Below, one piece after another: positions 1 to 15,918 of a stretch of DNA of 64,000 nt. The DNA comes from the human T2T-CHM13v2.0 reference genome, Homo sapiens, in the NCBI RefSeq assembly GCF_009914755.1, contig NC_060925.1. One strand, written 5' to 3'. Numbering within the stretch: the first letter of the stretch is position 1; each line of letters opens with the position of its first letter. The translations under genes were made by a program, and so were the position numbers. The notes beneath the pieces are model-generated. The model saw nothing but the letters and a program-made list of their open reading frames with translations. It had not been told where the DNA came from and did not search any database.

Positions 1-675
1 AGGACTCTGGCTTCCCTCTTTAGATTTACTCTGACATTGCATTAGATTGCTCCCACGCCCTGTTTCCAGTGTAATTACTCTTTTCCAGACCAAGAAAGCA
101 GTGGAAAGAGGAAATCATTTTGTTTTGGCACACAATTTCAAAGACCAGGGAAACAGAATTATCTCAGGGTGGCTGTCATAAGAGCTGAGGGCCTGTGACT
201 GTCACATGTAAGGGCGGCGCTGGAAATGCAACAAAGGACAACAGCATGGCTGGCTGTGGTTCTTGTCTTTGCAGTGAAGATCAGAAAGTGGAATCCAGGG
301 GACCTTTTCCTTGCCTCAGGAATTCTATCTGGCATGATGGTCATTTATCTTGAGTGTAATTAAGGCACTCAAATCTTTCAGTTAATATTCAACAAATGGG
401 AGTGAAGACTATACAAAAAAACTTTTCATTATCTTGAAACAAAGACGGAAAAAAGCAAATCCTGTTTTGTCAGCACCTGTTTGGTATCATGTAAGATTGT
501 TGAAGGGTCAGAGCTTCCAGCTGACACCTGTCAATTGGGCCTAGTTGGGCCATTTTTCTCTGTACTAACCTAACTCTCCCAGCTGCCGGTGGCTGCCCTG
601 ATCACATTAGCTGCTGCTGTGGAGTATTCTCTCTAAGGGGAAGCTACTGAAAGGGCAAAGCATGGAAAAGAGTGT

Positions 676-1650
676 GTTACGGTTGAATTGTGCCCAGCTG
701 ATGAAGTCCTAACCACCAGTACTTCAAAATGTGACCTTATTTGGAAATAGGGTCTTTATAGAAGTGATAATGAAGCAGCATCATTGTCTAGGGTAAATAC
801 CCGAGGTTTGTCATCTCACAGCAAGGAAATCGAGTATGCGGACACACAAGAAGTGGGTTTAGGAGTGGAGGTTTAATAGGCAAAAGAAAGAGAAAAGGGA
901 ACAGCTCTTTGTCTTGAGGAGGTGATGTCTGATTTACATAGGGCCCAAAGATTGATTGGACCAGGTGTGATGTTTACATGGCATGAGGAAGCTAGCCTGG
1001 CTGGTGCCATGTCACCTGCTCATTACTGTACACATGGTTGGCAAAGAAAAGGGAAGATGGAGCCGCCATTTTGGACATGCCTACTCCCCCCATAGCCTCT
1101 TTCCTATTGGCACAACTGCCGGCATTCAAACTGCCATGCCAGCTTCCAGCTTGCTTGTCTATGTCTGCGTTCGATTTTACAAGCTGCTCTTTGTTAGAAA
1201 ATGGTTTGGGGGCTGCTTTTCATTAAAAGGAAAACCTTACCGAGGACTTCCTCACTATCTGCCTAAATAATTTCTTCTTACTTCCTATATCAATAAGTTA
1301 AAAATGAGATTATTAGGGTAGACTCTGGTGTCCTTATAAAAAGGGGAACTTTGAATACTGAGATAGACATGCACAGAGGAAGATAATGTAAAACCACAGG
1401 GACCCAGGCGGCCATGGGGAGATGGAGGCAGGGATTGGAGTGATGCTGCCACAAAGGAACACCTGGAGCCACCAAAAGCTGGGAAGAACAAGGAAGGCTC
1501 CTCCCCACCAGATGTTGAGGGGAGCCTGTCCCTGCTGTCTCCTTGATTTCAGATTTCTAGCCTCCGTAACAAACAGACACTAAATTTCTGTGGTTCTAAG
1601 CCACCTGGTTGGTAGTATTTGGTTCTGGCTGCCCTAGGGAATGAATATAG
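676..1650 (+). mobile_element. MLT1 (ERVL-MaLR) solo LTR, split by an ERV1 LTR
   Basis: Typical MLT1 words: tgttacggttgaattgtgccc, atgtgaccttatttggaaatagggtcttt and, after the insert, gttaaaatgag...ccaccaaaagctgggaaga...gcccta. Confidence 0.75.
771..1292 (-). mobile_element. ERV1-class solo LTR (MER50-like)
   Basis: TG...CA termini with a 4-bp TSD ATAA at 767-770 and 1293-1296. The family name is from recall. Confidence 0.75.
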
Positions 1651-4600
1651 GGAGGATTCTGTTGTGTGGAGTATGAAGTTGGGGTAGGGAGAGGTACTGA
1701 GATGGGCTGCCAGTGACTCTTCCTCACTGTAAGAAACAGTTCATGAGTCCAGCAGCTGGAGGGCCAGAAACGCCCACTTCAAATGTTCAGGTCCACATGA
1801 TGGTTAGACTTTGCTGTCTGGGCATGGGCCCTAGGACAGACATTCCAACAGTGTGAAGTGAGGATGGGAGTAGTCAAATGCCCGGTCGCAGCAATGTCAC
1901 ATGGTTATCCAGAGGCACAGTGAGGGCCCTGGGAGGTGAGAAGCAAGGAAAGCCAGCCTTCTGGTTCCTGGAGAGCCATTGTCTTTCACAGGTGATCCAG
2001 GTCAGGCAAGAGCAGGGATGTGGTAGGTGAAGGCAGGTGAGCAGAAACAGGGCCCCACAGTGAGTGTCCCGGATGCACCAATAAGCCACTTTTAAAACAA
2101 AGCCAAACTTCCAGCCCCCGCCTGACTTCATATTTATCTTCTCCTCTTCTGCCCTTCTCTAACCCCTGACATTGATTACACAGGAAGCAGCAGATAGGAA
2201 TAACTAGCCTGGCAGTGTGTGTCACCCTGTGTCAGGCTGGCAGATTGAGGCTTCCGGGCAGGGCAGGCAGAGCTGATACTCCACTTGAGAGCCACCCTGC
2301 ATCCCACCAACCCAGGGCCGAAGCCTTTGTCCCCTGGGCGCTTGCTGGCGCATGTGCCCACAGAGCCTCTCTGCGCCCTTTTGTTCTCCTCTGGCTATTG
2401 TAGCGTGCCAGCTGCTGACCACTCTTGCCCAGAGAAGGAGGCAGCTGCTAATTTTAGCCCTACTTAGGTCTCCAGACAGCACATCTCAGGACTTAAAAAA
2501 AAATATTTTTTGGTTACATTTTTACATGACCTTGGGAAACAAAAAATTGGGAAGACTTCACCTGATATCAGTAAAATGAAAAGGGAAATTTAACCTTTGT
2601 TTTAAAAAAGTTATTGTATTTCTTTGCTGTTAGAAATCTCCTGGGGCCAGGGGCAATGTCTAAGAGAGTTTACTTGTAACCTGTGGCTTTTAGTGGGGTA
2701 AGAAGACAGACAACTGAGCGCTAAGCCACGGGATAGAACATTCCGCCCAGAGAGCACTAGGAAGATGTTTCTGGCCTGCTTGGGGGAGGCCAAGCCACCC
2801 TGTTGATGACAAGGGAATGTGGATTTTTGCTGGGTAAACCTGATTTCCGTTTTTCCCCATTGTTTACATGTTGGGTAGATGGGACCACTCTCATTTGTCT
2901 TGGTTCCAAGCTGGGTCGCCTCAGTGAGAAGGCCTTTGAAACACATCTGTTGAATCATGCACAGCAGGGAGCCATTTGTGTTCTGAGGGTTGTCAATCAT
3001 AGAAAATCTGAAAAATACCAGACAACATAATGGCACAGCAGCCAAACCATGCCTGGACATTTTCTGGTCACACAGGTCTGTCTGTGGAGCTGCGCTTTTT
3101 CTCAGACAGTCATTGGGTTTCTTTTTAATAAGCTAGAAGAAACCAGCTAAGTTTTAACTTAACAAAATTGTTCCTGATCTTGTTGTTTTTCTGTTTGTGT
3201 TCACAGTTATCCATAACTTACTTTAGTCATATTTGAAGCTAACCTCTTGATTACTTTTCTCACTTTATGACCGCGCTTTAAGATTGCTGGAGGGTTGGCT
3301 CATGACTTTTGGATTGCAATACAAAATTTCTATCAGCCAGGGCTTTACTAAGAAAAGCAAAAGTACATGGCAAGGAAATAAGCAATGTGGGAAGCATCTC
3401 AGCTTATCTGAGGCAGGAGAAAGAGGGACAGTGGTCAGCTGAGTCTGGGTGCAAGGCTAAGTTATTTTTACAGAGAATACTGCTAGAAGGAGAGGGTTTT
3501 GGGGACATAGTGCTTTGATATATGCATTGAGGACAAAAAGGTGAATGGCTCAGGGATGCACCAATAAGCTGATTTTAAAACAAAGCCAAACTTCTAGCTA
3601 TCACTTGCCTTAATATCTGTCTTAATTTTGTCTTCTGGGTGAGAAAGTCACCATAGAGGAGGTGACATCAGAGGTGGGCTTAATGGATGAGTAAGTACCA
3701 GACTCGGGGGATGGGGCACAGCCTGTACAAAGATATGGAGGTATAAATCATATATTCAAGAACTGCAAGCATCCTGGGATCATAGCCAGAGAGAATGCAA
3801 GGTGTGATATTGATGAGTAAGCTGTTTGCACCAACAAACACCAGGAAGGTAACCTGAGGATCAGAGAAGCCCATACATGCCATGCTGAGGTGTGTGCACT
3901 TCATCCTTAGTAGGCTGAGAGAGGCAGGAACTACAAGGATTTTTGCAAGAGAGTGACATGATTTTCATCTTTGAAAGATCTATCTAGAGGTCATGTGAAG
4001 GGGAGCAGTACTAGGCGCAGGGTGATCAGGGGGAGGCGGTGGGAAAGATGATGAGGCTGTCAGCTATGGCTGTCGCGCATCAAAGGACAGAAAAGATGGA
4101 AGAAGAAATCTTCAGAGTTCTTCCAGGGAGAATTTTAGGGAATCTGTTAAGTCTTCATAATTTGTACAATAATGGTTTTGGTACCTCTGAGATGGGCAAA
4201 AATACTTGAGGTTTATCCTTTTTATTTGGTAGCTCATTATAGATTAATTTCTGAAGTTTGGAGAAAGAATGGTCACTCCAGATTTCCCCTCTGTTTCTTT
4301 GGCTTTGCCCCTAGAATTTGAAAGGATATGCAAGTGCCAAGGAGAATGTCAAAACAAAGAGGGGACGCTTTGCGGAGATGAGCCACTTATTCCACGTACT
4401 ACCTGAATGAATACTTTTTCCAAGGCTAAGTTCGTTCTGGAAGGGGGGTGCCTTTTATAGAAAGTGTTTGTTCTCTGCAGATATTTTACAGATATTTCAG
4501 GTTCGTCTTTTGTTTCCTTAAACATCAATAAGCATAGCTGCTTTGTAATCTATGTTTGATACTTTAAATATTTTAAATCTGTATGAATCTGTGTCTGCTG

Positions 4601-6096
4601 TGTTCTTGTACTGCTGGGTTTTACCCCTAACTTCTCTTTCCTTGGATACTTGGTTATCTTTGTCTATGTGCTGCCCATTATCTTGCTTAATTACATGTGA
4701 GGTATTCCTGAGGCCTAGTGTGAAGGTATCTTCCTCCAGACAAAATTTGTGCTTGTATCTGCCAGACCAATAGGGCTGACCCAATAGTTACATTTCCTTA
4801 GGGAGGGATTCACTTCCCTCCCCTTCTCCTTTGGAGGTGGGAACTAGGTTTACTTCTGGTTCACCCTTAACCTGAGGATGATTATGATTATTTTCTGGGC
4901 CCCAGCTTAATGTGTTTTTGAGGTCCACCTGTTAGACTTATTGCTTTTGTCAGGCTCTGGGATTTTTCTTCTGCTATCTTATCCCAAAGGCTGCAGCACA
5001 GTCTAGACAGACAGATGTCTTCAGGAAAAAAACAACTTTAAGAACTTTCTTTGCCTCCTTTGGTTCTCATTTTCTCTTAGATTTTGGCCTGGTTATTCCT
5101 TACTGTCTTTCCGGAATGTTGCTAGCTGTTTGGGGAAAAAATTAAAATATTTATCTGACAATTTTAGAATTCTATTTTCTCCCAGTGGTAGTATTGGTAC
5201 AAATAATATACCTACCATTGCCGGAAACAGAAGTCTTAGATTCTACAGAAATCCTGCTTTTCCTCTGAGTCAAACATCCCAACTGAAACATCTAAGGTAT
5301 GACAATATGCTTCAAATATAAATAGGAAGTGTTAGGTAAATGCCTTATTAGTGAATTCATATTGAATTGCTAAGAGAAGTTAGGTGTGTCTGAGATATCC
5401 CCTGATTTCTGAGGGCTGTTACAGAGACAGTGTAGGATGGTAGTGGAGGACTCTGGAATCAGACACAATTGAGCCACTTTACTAGTATGGGAACTTGGAC
5501 AAGGGACCTAACCTCTCTACTACTCAAATTCCCACCTGTAAATTGAGAAAAACACCTACCTCGTAGGGGGTTGTAGAGATTAAATACGATAATAAATATA
5601 ACCTTACACAGTTCCTGGCATGTGATGACCCCCTACTAATGGTAGCTGGTTATTGGTACTGGTATTATATTAACATTATTCTGCCACATGGCCCCATTTT
5701 TCTTCTATCAAAATAATTTGGTGGATATGTACATGCAAAAGAATGAAGTTGGATCCATACCTCACATCATATACAAAAGTTAACTCAAAATGGATCAAAG
5801 ACCAAAATGTAAGAGCCAAAACTATAAAACTCTTAAAAGAAGATAAATCTTCATGACTTTGGATTAAATAATAATTTCTCAGATATGACACCAAAGACAC
5901 AAGTAACAGAAGAAAAAATAGATCAATTGGGTGTCATCAAAACTAAAAACTTTGGTGCTTCAAAGGACAACATCAAGAAAACGAAAATACATCCAGAATA
6001 TGAGAAATTTTTGCAAATCATATAATGATGAGAAACTTGTATCTAGAATATATAACTCAATGATAAAAAAGACAAATCACCCAATTAAAAATGGGC

Positions 6097-6516
<420 letters not shown>

Positions 6517-7117
6517 CTACTTCACAGCTACTCAGATGGCTATAATAACAAAAAATGGAAAATAACAACTGTTGGTGAGGATGTGGAGAAATTGGAACCT
6601 TTACTGCTGATGGGAGTGTAAAATGGAAAACAGTTTGGGCTGCAGTCTGGTAGTTTCTTAAAAAGTTAAACATAGAGTTACTATATGACATAGCAATTCT
6701 ACTCCTGTATATGTGCCCAAGAAAGATGAAAACTTATGTTCACACAACACTTGTATGTGAATTTTCATACCAGCATTCTGTGTAATAGCCAAAAAGTAGA
6801 AACAATCCAAACATCTGTCAAATGATATGTGGCATATCCATACAATGGAGTATTATTCAGCAATAAAGAGAAATGAAGTACTGATTTATGCTACAACATG
6901 GATGAACCTTGGAAACACGGTAAATGAAAGAAGCCAGTCACAAAGGACCACATGTTGTTGATTCTATTTATAAAATGTCCAGAATAGGCAAATCTATAGA
7001 GACACAAATAGAATAGTAGTTGTCTGGAACTGGGAGGGATAGGGATTTGTAGGGTAATAGCTAATGGGCATGGGTTTCTTTTTAGGGGATAATGAAATAT
7101 TCTAAAATTGAATATGG

Positions 7118-7491
<374 letters not shown>

Positions 7492-8361
7492 CTATGAGCC
7501 ACTGAATTGTGTTCTTTAAATTGGTGATTTATGTGATATGCAAATCTTATCTCAATAAGCTGTTAAAAACAGTTTAAGGTTAAAAGATAATTGATCCGAT
7601 ATGGCCCTATCTGCTCCGTCCATCTGTCTATTTGTCTTCCCATCCATTTTATCCATTCATCCATGCACCCAACAGCCTGTCCACTCTTCCTTCCTTCAAC
7701 CCATTCATTTGGCCATTTACCTTTCCTTCTGTCCTCCCAACTCATCCCATGCCATTTTGCCTTCCTCCCTCACTCTGTCAATCCAAAACAAAAAACAAAA
7801 AACAAAAAAAAACTTGATTTGCTGCTCATCTGCTAAAGTTTAGTCTGTACTAGTCATCATGTAAGTCTCTGCTTTTCATCATGCTAGTTTGGCATTTCCA
7901 GTGTCCTTGTGACTTGCCACTTAGCATAAGATGAGTTTTCCAAGCTCTCCAGAGGAAATGCTCTTTATCAATCCATCCAGTAAACAGATGGATGCATAGA
8001 TGTGGGGAGTTTGATACATAGCCAGCGTCTTGCTGAAATGGCAGGAACATCCAGGTTGCATCTCACCTGAGAGAAGTCCTCAAAATGGTGTGCAGAAAAT
8101 TTGGGGTTTGTTGTTTGCTATGACATCTCAGTGTTAAATGTGCATGACACTCACTCTTTCCTCCTTTCAGTGGCGCAGTGCAGGTTTGATGCCTGGTAGC
8201 TGCATTCCCCATTATTAACACAATGTTGAGTGATTTCAAGGTTGACCTGGTTCAAAACAACTTTCTTAATGAGACCGTTCCCCTTTGTGTCATCGTTAGT
8301 ATGATGTCAGTTCTTCCCTTGCCCAACCTCCAGTACAGTTGTTTCCTAACTTTATTGCCCA

Positions 8362-8525
8362 TCAGAGTCACCTGGAAAGATTATTTAAAATGCAGAGTCC
8401 TGAGCTCCTGCCTTTAAGAGATTCTGATTCAGTGGGTCTAGGGTAGCATCCAGGAACCAGTGTTTTAAGGAGCACCCCTAGTGACTCTTGATTGGAATGT
8501 TCCTTGTACTACCCTGAGATACTCT
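8362..8525. mobile_element. MER5-like hAT-Charlie DNA transposon fossil
   Basis: atcagagtcacctgg...aaaatgcaga...gattctgattcagtgggtctaggg motif string. Confidence 0.6.
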
Positions 8526-9932
8526 ACCATAATTGATCTGTTAATGCCAGCATTAGTTAACAGTATGGGAGACTTCTAATTTCCCTGCCTGGCTAGTGCT
8601 CATTTCTTCAAGCCTGGAAGTGTTAATCCATGGCTAAGAAGAAGCCATTACTATTCTGTGTATCTCCGACTGAGTTAGTGGGTAGATTATAGTGCTTTGA
8701 GAGTTTCGAAGGTGGCAAGAACTCAGCAGCCCTAGGCAACTCTCATATATCCAGTGATGTAGATACTACAAACTAACTTATCCAAATAATCAGTGTCTGG
8801 GGTTAGAAACATACTGTTTGATATTAGATTTTTGCCCTTCTTCATTTTTCTTGGCTTAATAAGAAAACTTTTTGGAGACAAGAGGGAGTGGCCTTATGAA
8901 GAGAATTGTTTGGGGCTAAGGGGTGAAATTAGATGTTAGTTGTAATGAAAACTCTTCTCTGACCACAGAATACTGAGTTCTGACTCCAATAAGCTGAGTA
9001 TTGGGCTTTAAAATGCCTCTAGATCTGCACACAACTCAAGATGCTATGTGGACACAGTTTTTTTTTTCTGATGAAGGTATAAACCCATCAGAACACTAAA
9101 TTCCTCACCATCAAAATGTCTTTGCCAAAGCCCTAACATGGACCTGTATTCAAAACATGCGTGCGTGTAACCCCCGCACTCCGCCCCCCACTGCCCCCCA
9201 CACACGCACCCCTTTAGGCTAATGTTAGCCAGCTTTGTTATTTGGGATTTTGAAGTACAAACAAGGAAATGGGAGGCTTAAACTAAATTTCAGCTGGACC
9301 TGAGGGAGAAAATACTGCAATAGCATCTTGCCTTAGGTGGACACGATTATGGTTTGCAAAGCACATTTATTTGCATTATAGTCCTATGATATAGATTGAA
9401 CTAGAATTCAAGTTAAATGACCTGCCAAACCCACCTAGGTAGTAAATGGCAGAGCTGATTTTTGAGCCCATGTCATCTAGCTGCTGCTTCAGTGCTATTT
9501 TCACTACATCACACTACTAAGAAAATGCTGGGGTTTTACGAGTTATCTGGCTGGATTTAATAACTGAAAGGAACCTTACCTTGTTCTTTAGGGTACGAAT
9601 GATGAGCTACTGAATACTGTATGAAAAGAACTGTGTAAATGTTTGTGACATGGTGTCAGTGATTAGTGTATGTGTTTTCGGGAAGAATTGAATGTCCATA
9701 TAGTGGGGCAGGAAAATCTCAGCACTTGTCTTCCTATTAGTATCTCTTTTAGGAAGACTCCCAGGAACATATAACACACATATAGTAAAATGCACAAGTG
9801 TTAAATGTGCCGAATGATCAGTTTTTAAAATTGAAGACACCTGTTTAGTCAGTACCCAGCATCCTGGAAGTTACTCCTTGTGATCCCTTTTAGTTGTAAT
9901 CCCCTTTAGAGTAACCAATACCCTGTTATCTA

Positions 9933-10011
9933 TTAGGTTGGTACGCAAGTAATTGCAGTTTTTGCCATTAATTTTAATAGCAAAAACAGCAATTACTGTG
10001 CACCAACCTAA
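9933..10011. mobile_element. MADE1 (Hsmar1-derived MITE)
   Basis: TTAGGTTGGT...ACCAACCTAA terminal inverted repeats, ~80 bp, flanked by TA. Confidence 0.9.
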
Positions 10012-10071
10012 TAACAATATAGATTAAATTTTGCCTATGTTTGAACTTTATTTAAATAGAATAATAAGGTA

Positions 10072-10680
10072 CTAGCAGTTCTGCTATAATGCTTGTTTCG
10101 AAAATGCAAATTTCCATTATGATTGATGCATTAGAGAACAATTCAAGCATAACGCAATTTAGTGTTTGCTTATATGCAATTTTGTCCTCAAGAAATTCTA
10201 AGTGAATGCAGAAAACTTCACTCAGCGAAACTGAGCCCAGTAGGGACACACAGCATGCACATACGCGTACCTCATATATCTACCAGCCACCTGGGTTGAT
10301 TGTGTTATGAGACACACCCATCCACATCTAGTGTTACACATTCCATCCAATCGTAGGCAATGCTGCTTCTGCCATGTCACAATAACTTGCAAGCTGCAAC
10401 CCTTCTTACACCCTCTTCCACAAGCAAACTTCAGGTCTTTTTCAACATAAAATCTTATTTATTCTAGTATGTATGCAGTTCTTAACAATTTTACATGTGT
10501 AAAACTGTGCTTCCATTTTTATTAGATTTCTGTATTTTTTTAAATTTGTCACTGCCAAAGTTTTGAATGTTTTGTTCCTAACCCTGTCTTTCCCATAAGC
10601 CCTATGATTTTAGTTGCATGCGTTTGCATATTGCGTTACTTTTGAGGAACACATCCATCACATTAAAGCAGAAGGGACTG
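10072..10680. mobile_element. Tigger-like TcMar DNA transposon remnant
   Basis: Imperfect TIRs (cagttctgctataatgc / cacattaaagcagaagggactg) and TA flanks. It interrupts the L1M sequence. Confidence 0.5.
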
Positions 10681-12824
10681 TATTTCTCTTTTGTGTCTGG
10701 CTCCTTTTGAGATTATGTTTGAAAGATTTATCATTGTTATGTATAGCAATAGTTCATTCATTTTCATTGCTGTACAGTATTTCGTTGTGTGAACATACCA
10801 CAATTCATGTATCTATTCAACTGATGATGGACTTGTAGATTGTTTTTAGATTGAGACTGTTAAAAACCTTGTACATATTTCTGTTGAGTATATACTCAGG
10901 AAATTGCTGGGTCTTATAATATGTGTATGTTCAGCTTCAGTAGAAGTGGCCAGTTTTCCAATGGGGTTGCACCAATTTATTGTCTCACAAGAGTGCATGA
11001 GGAACCTAGTGGCCTCAAATCCTTTCCAAAACTTGTAACTGTCTTTTTAATTTTAGCTATTCTGATAGGTGTGTTTGGCATCTCATCATGATTTTAATTT
11101 GCATTTCCTTGATGACTAAAGTTTAAGTATCTTTGCAATGTTTATTAGCCATCTGTATACTCTTTTCTGTGAAATGTCTTTAGAAGTCTTTTGGCCATTT
11201 AAAAATAATTGAGTTGATTGGCTTTTTCTTCTCGATTTATAGGCATATATTCTGGGTAAGAATTTTTTGTTGGTTTTATATGTTGTAAATATGTTCTCCC
11301 ACTCTGTGGCTTCCATTTTTTACTCTTTTAATGATGTTTTCTGAGGGACAAGGTTTTTACTTTTCAAGTCCTATTTATCAGTGAGTTCCTTCATTGTTAG
11401 TACTTTCTATGTTCTGATTAGGAAATACTTGCTTACCCCAAGCTCATGAAGATATTGCTCTATGTTATCTTCTATTAGTAGAAGCTTTACTTTTTTACTT
11501 TCCCTATTTACATCTACAATATGTTTAGTATTAATTTTGTGTATAATGTGCGATAGGGATCAATTTTTTTTGGTCTGTTTGGATATTTAATTGACCCAGC
11601 AACATTCATTGAAAAAACCATTGTATCCCCCACAGATGTGTACTACAGCCTTTGTCATAAATCAAATGTCCATGGTCTGTTTGCCTCTTGCTGGGCCAAT
11701 ACTGCACTATCTTAAATCTTGTTGCTGTGAATGTAATTCCTTAATCTTCATTCTTCAAAATTGTCTTGGATACACTTAAATTTTTTACTTCGGAAACATC
11801 TTGTCAGTTTCTACAAAAAAATTTAACTTGGTTGGCTTTAGATTGGAATTACATTGAATGTGTATATAAATTTGTTAAGAATTGACATCTCTACAATATT
11901 GGTACATCCCTTGATTTATTTAGGCAACAAATATAAAACTCATAGTCAGTGTTAGTCTTTGATTAATCACAAATGAAATGATTATTTATATAGGTGGGGA
12001 AGTATCTTATGTATTCCAAAATGTTCTGGAACATACCATGCGTCCAGAGGGTGAATCATTCCTTCCTCTTTTGTAAGGCATCATGGTAATCATGTCAGTT
12101 GAAGTTGGAGATGCAGAGATGGAGGAGATCATGATTTAGCACTGGTCAATGAATCTTTTGCAGATTTTGTGTGAACGACCTGGCTGCAGAGAGTGGCATT
12201 TGCGTTGTCTTTCAGTAGATTCATTTTTTTTTTTTTAACCACCAGACAACTTTGTTGGAAGAGAAAAAGGAACATCTTATTCAATTTAATAGACAGAATT
12301 TAAATACAAAAGAGCTAATTGCAGAAGCATCTGGAAACATTACACAGATGAGCCAGTGGTGTTTAGAGGTGGTGGAAAATGATATATTCATATGCCAAGA
12401 ATTAAGATGTGATATTTTTGAAATTTTTATTTTATGGAGAAATTTCTTTTTTTTTTTCTGTTTTAAGATCTGTAGCTTAAAAGATGGATATTCTGAAGAA
12501 TTATTTAGAAATTTGGAGGTCCTCTGGCCCACCTCTCTCCCAAAGCAGCACACTGATTCCAGTATACTTTGCAGAAGCCATAGAATTGTAGATAGTTAGA
12601 TCCAAAAAGATGTTGGAGGAGAGACTCTGGCCTAACCCTCCCATTTTGGAAAAGACACTGAGGTCTAGAGAGGTAACATTACTTGTATACAACCAGGACT
12701 AGAGGCCAAGTCTCCTGACTCTCAGACCAATGCTCATTTCAAGAGTTCAGCATTTCTCAAAGTATTCTCAAAGTATAATCCAAAGAAATAGTAATCATTT
12801 TGGGAGAGTGAAGTGCGTCATCTA

Positions 12825-13148
<324 letters not shown>

Positions 13149-13609
13149 GTAATAGTAGTCTTGGGAGAGTGGAGTGATCAATCTAAAAGGGGATCCTTGG
13201 CAAAATTAGTTTGGGAACTTTTGCATAGCATGTCTTCTTTTGGAAATTTATGGTATACATTGGCACTTTTGCCATATAGTAAGGAGAGTTATTTAATTTT
13301 AATTCGGTCTTTTCTAAACATTTAACCATGGACCACTTTTTGCACAGAACAACTTGTTATAAGACCTGGGGCACTCCGGGAAACCTGCAGTAGGTGATGT
13401 GGGTCTGCCTGACAGCCTTTGCCGCTGGTAAGGGCTCTCCTTGTAACTTCCACTTACTGCGCATGGCCGTGTCCTCTGGAGTGGTCATTTGGAGGTAGGG
13501 TTTCTCTCACATTTACTAATTGCACTTGCCTGGGCCTTTAATATATTTAAAGTTAATATATTTAGTTAATATATTTAGTCCTCACAAAATTTTCTAGAAA
13601 GGTGGTTAG

Positions 13610-14032
<423 letters not shown>

Positions 14033-15520
14033 TAAAATGCAGTCCCTTTATCGCAAGTACTGGATAGTATTCAACACATTTTGACAAGTTGATATACCTG
14101 TGCAGTTGCTGCCACCATCAAGCTATGAAGCAATTAACGTGGTTGGGTTCGCACTGCGAGGTGTATGCTTTCTTTCTCAGTTCTGTCCTCAAAGCTTTTG
14201 CTGTGTTGCTGTGGGTCTGCTTTGTGCCACTCAAGGTTTAGTCTGGGACTCGATCATGCTTGAAATGTTAGTTCAGTTGCCCAGGCCTTCCTGATACCAG
14301 TTTGGGTCCCTCCTGTGCAGCTGAGGCCTGCATCTGAGACTTGTAGTGGTTCATGCACTGGAAACCCCTTACCCAGCTCACTCTCTTTCAGGGTTCCCTA
14401 TACGCTCTCTAGCCCACAGGGCCCCCTTTTTTTGATCACTTTGGCCAGAAAGATCAGATTTCCATCAGGAGTTTAGCCTCCCTGTTGCTGCTTCACCCTG
14501 CAGTTCTGCAACTGGGACCTGCCCTCCCAGCTCAGCTGAGAGATAAAAGAGGAAAAAGATAATGGGAAACTCACCCCCGTGCTTCAGCAAGTTTTGAGTC
14601 CTCCAAAATCTGCTGACTGTGTTTGCTTTTTTGAGTACTCTGGTAGTTGCTTTGTATACTTTGCACGGAGTTTTTCATGTAAGTAGTGGGAGATCATAGT
14701 GGAACCAGAAGTCTCTGTTTACTTTTAAATATGTTTGGTTTTTGTTACAAGAGACTTCTAAGCAGCTGGACTTTAAGGCCTATTTTTAAAAACTCCTGAG
14801 AATAAAAGGGACTATGCATATTATTATACTAAAGCAGAAAAAAATATTTACAAACTCCTAGCCTGAACCTCTTGCGCTGGCAGGATAAGTTCCTGTTTTC
14901 TAATCTCCAAAGGAATGAATGAATGTTCTCACCACTGTGTGCTCTATTCTAATCCTTTTAGGCCTAATGAAGAGGCTGTGAACATATCCCTGAGCCCTAG
15001 GATTAAAAGTCAAGACAAAAGCCCGTAAGACAAGAAGACACTGAATCCTATTTCTTGCTTTTATGAAAATTACAATATCTCTTGGAAAGAAAAACTGTGT
15101 TTCTTTTGCCAATATTTTTTATCACACTAAGGAAAATTTGAAAATAACAGAAATGGAAGAAAATAACCTATAATCCCATAACCCAGAAATAATCACTGCT
15201 AACATTTTCTCTTAGCTTACAGATCTTGCAGAAATACATCTTTATCTTCTGTTTACAATTTTACTACAGTATTAACTATGGAGTATAAAAATGATTATGA
15301 ACTGAAACTCTAGATATTTTATATAAAAATCTTCTCATTGTATATTTAAAATAATTCTGAGAAATTAATGGCTAGTTGGCAATAAATGAAGATCCGTAAT
15401 TTGTTCATTATTTTAAAATAAAAAACATTAGCATCCCCAGCTATTCCAATTTTGAGTAAAATTATTCACTCAAATCTTTAAAGAAAAAAGAGATGCAAGT
15501 AATGGATGATTTCTTCCCAC

Positions 15521-15918
15521 TGTATTAGCCTCCTTGAACTGCTGTGGCAAAGACCACAAACTAGAGAGTTTAGGTAACAGAAATTTATTCTCTCCCAGTT
15601 CTGGAGGCTTGAAGTCCATAATCCAAGCGTCAGAAGCGCATTCTCTCTTCGAGACTTGGTAGAATCCTGCCTTGACTCTCCCTTGCGCTTTTCATGTTCC
15701 TTGGATTGTAGCTACATCACTCCTATCTGTCTCCTGTCTGTCTTTTCTTCTGATGAGGACACCAGTCTTAATTAGTTTTAGGGCCTATCTTCATTGAATG
15801 TGACCTCATTTAACTTCATTACATCTGCAAAGATCCCACTTCCAAATCATTACATTCTGAGGTACTAAGAGTGATGACTTCTACATACCTTTCGGGGGAC
15901 ACAGTTCAACCCATAAGA
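15521..15918 (-). mobile_element. MLT1 (MaLR) solo LTR
   Basis: tgtattag...acagaaatttattctctcccagttctggaggc...ggggacacagttcaacccataa. Confidence 0.8.

Larger units (their letters stand above)
9770..11930 (-). mobile_element. Old L1M fragment (antisense) hosting MADE1 and a Tigger-like element
   Basis: Degenerate T-rich antisense L1 words (attttaatttgcatttccttgatgacta; ttagattggaattacattgaat). Confidence 0.7.
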
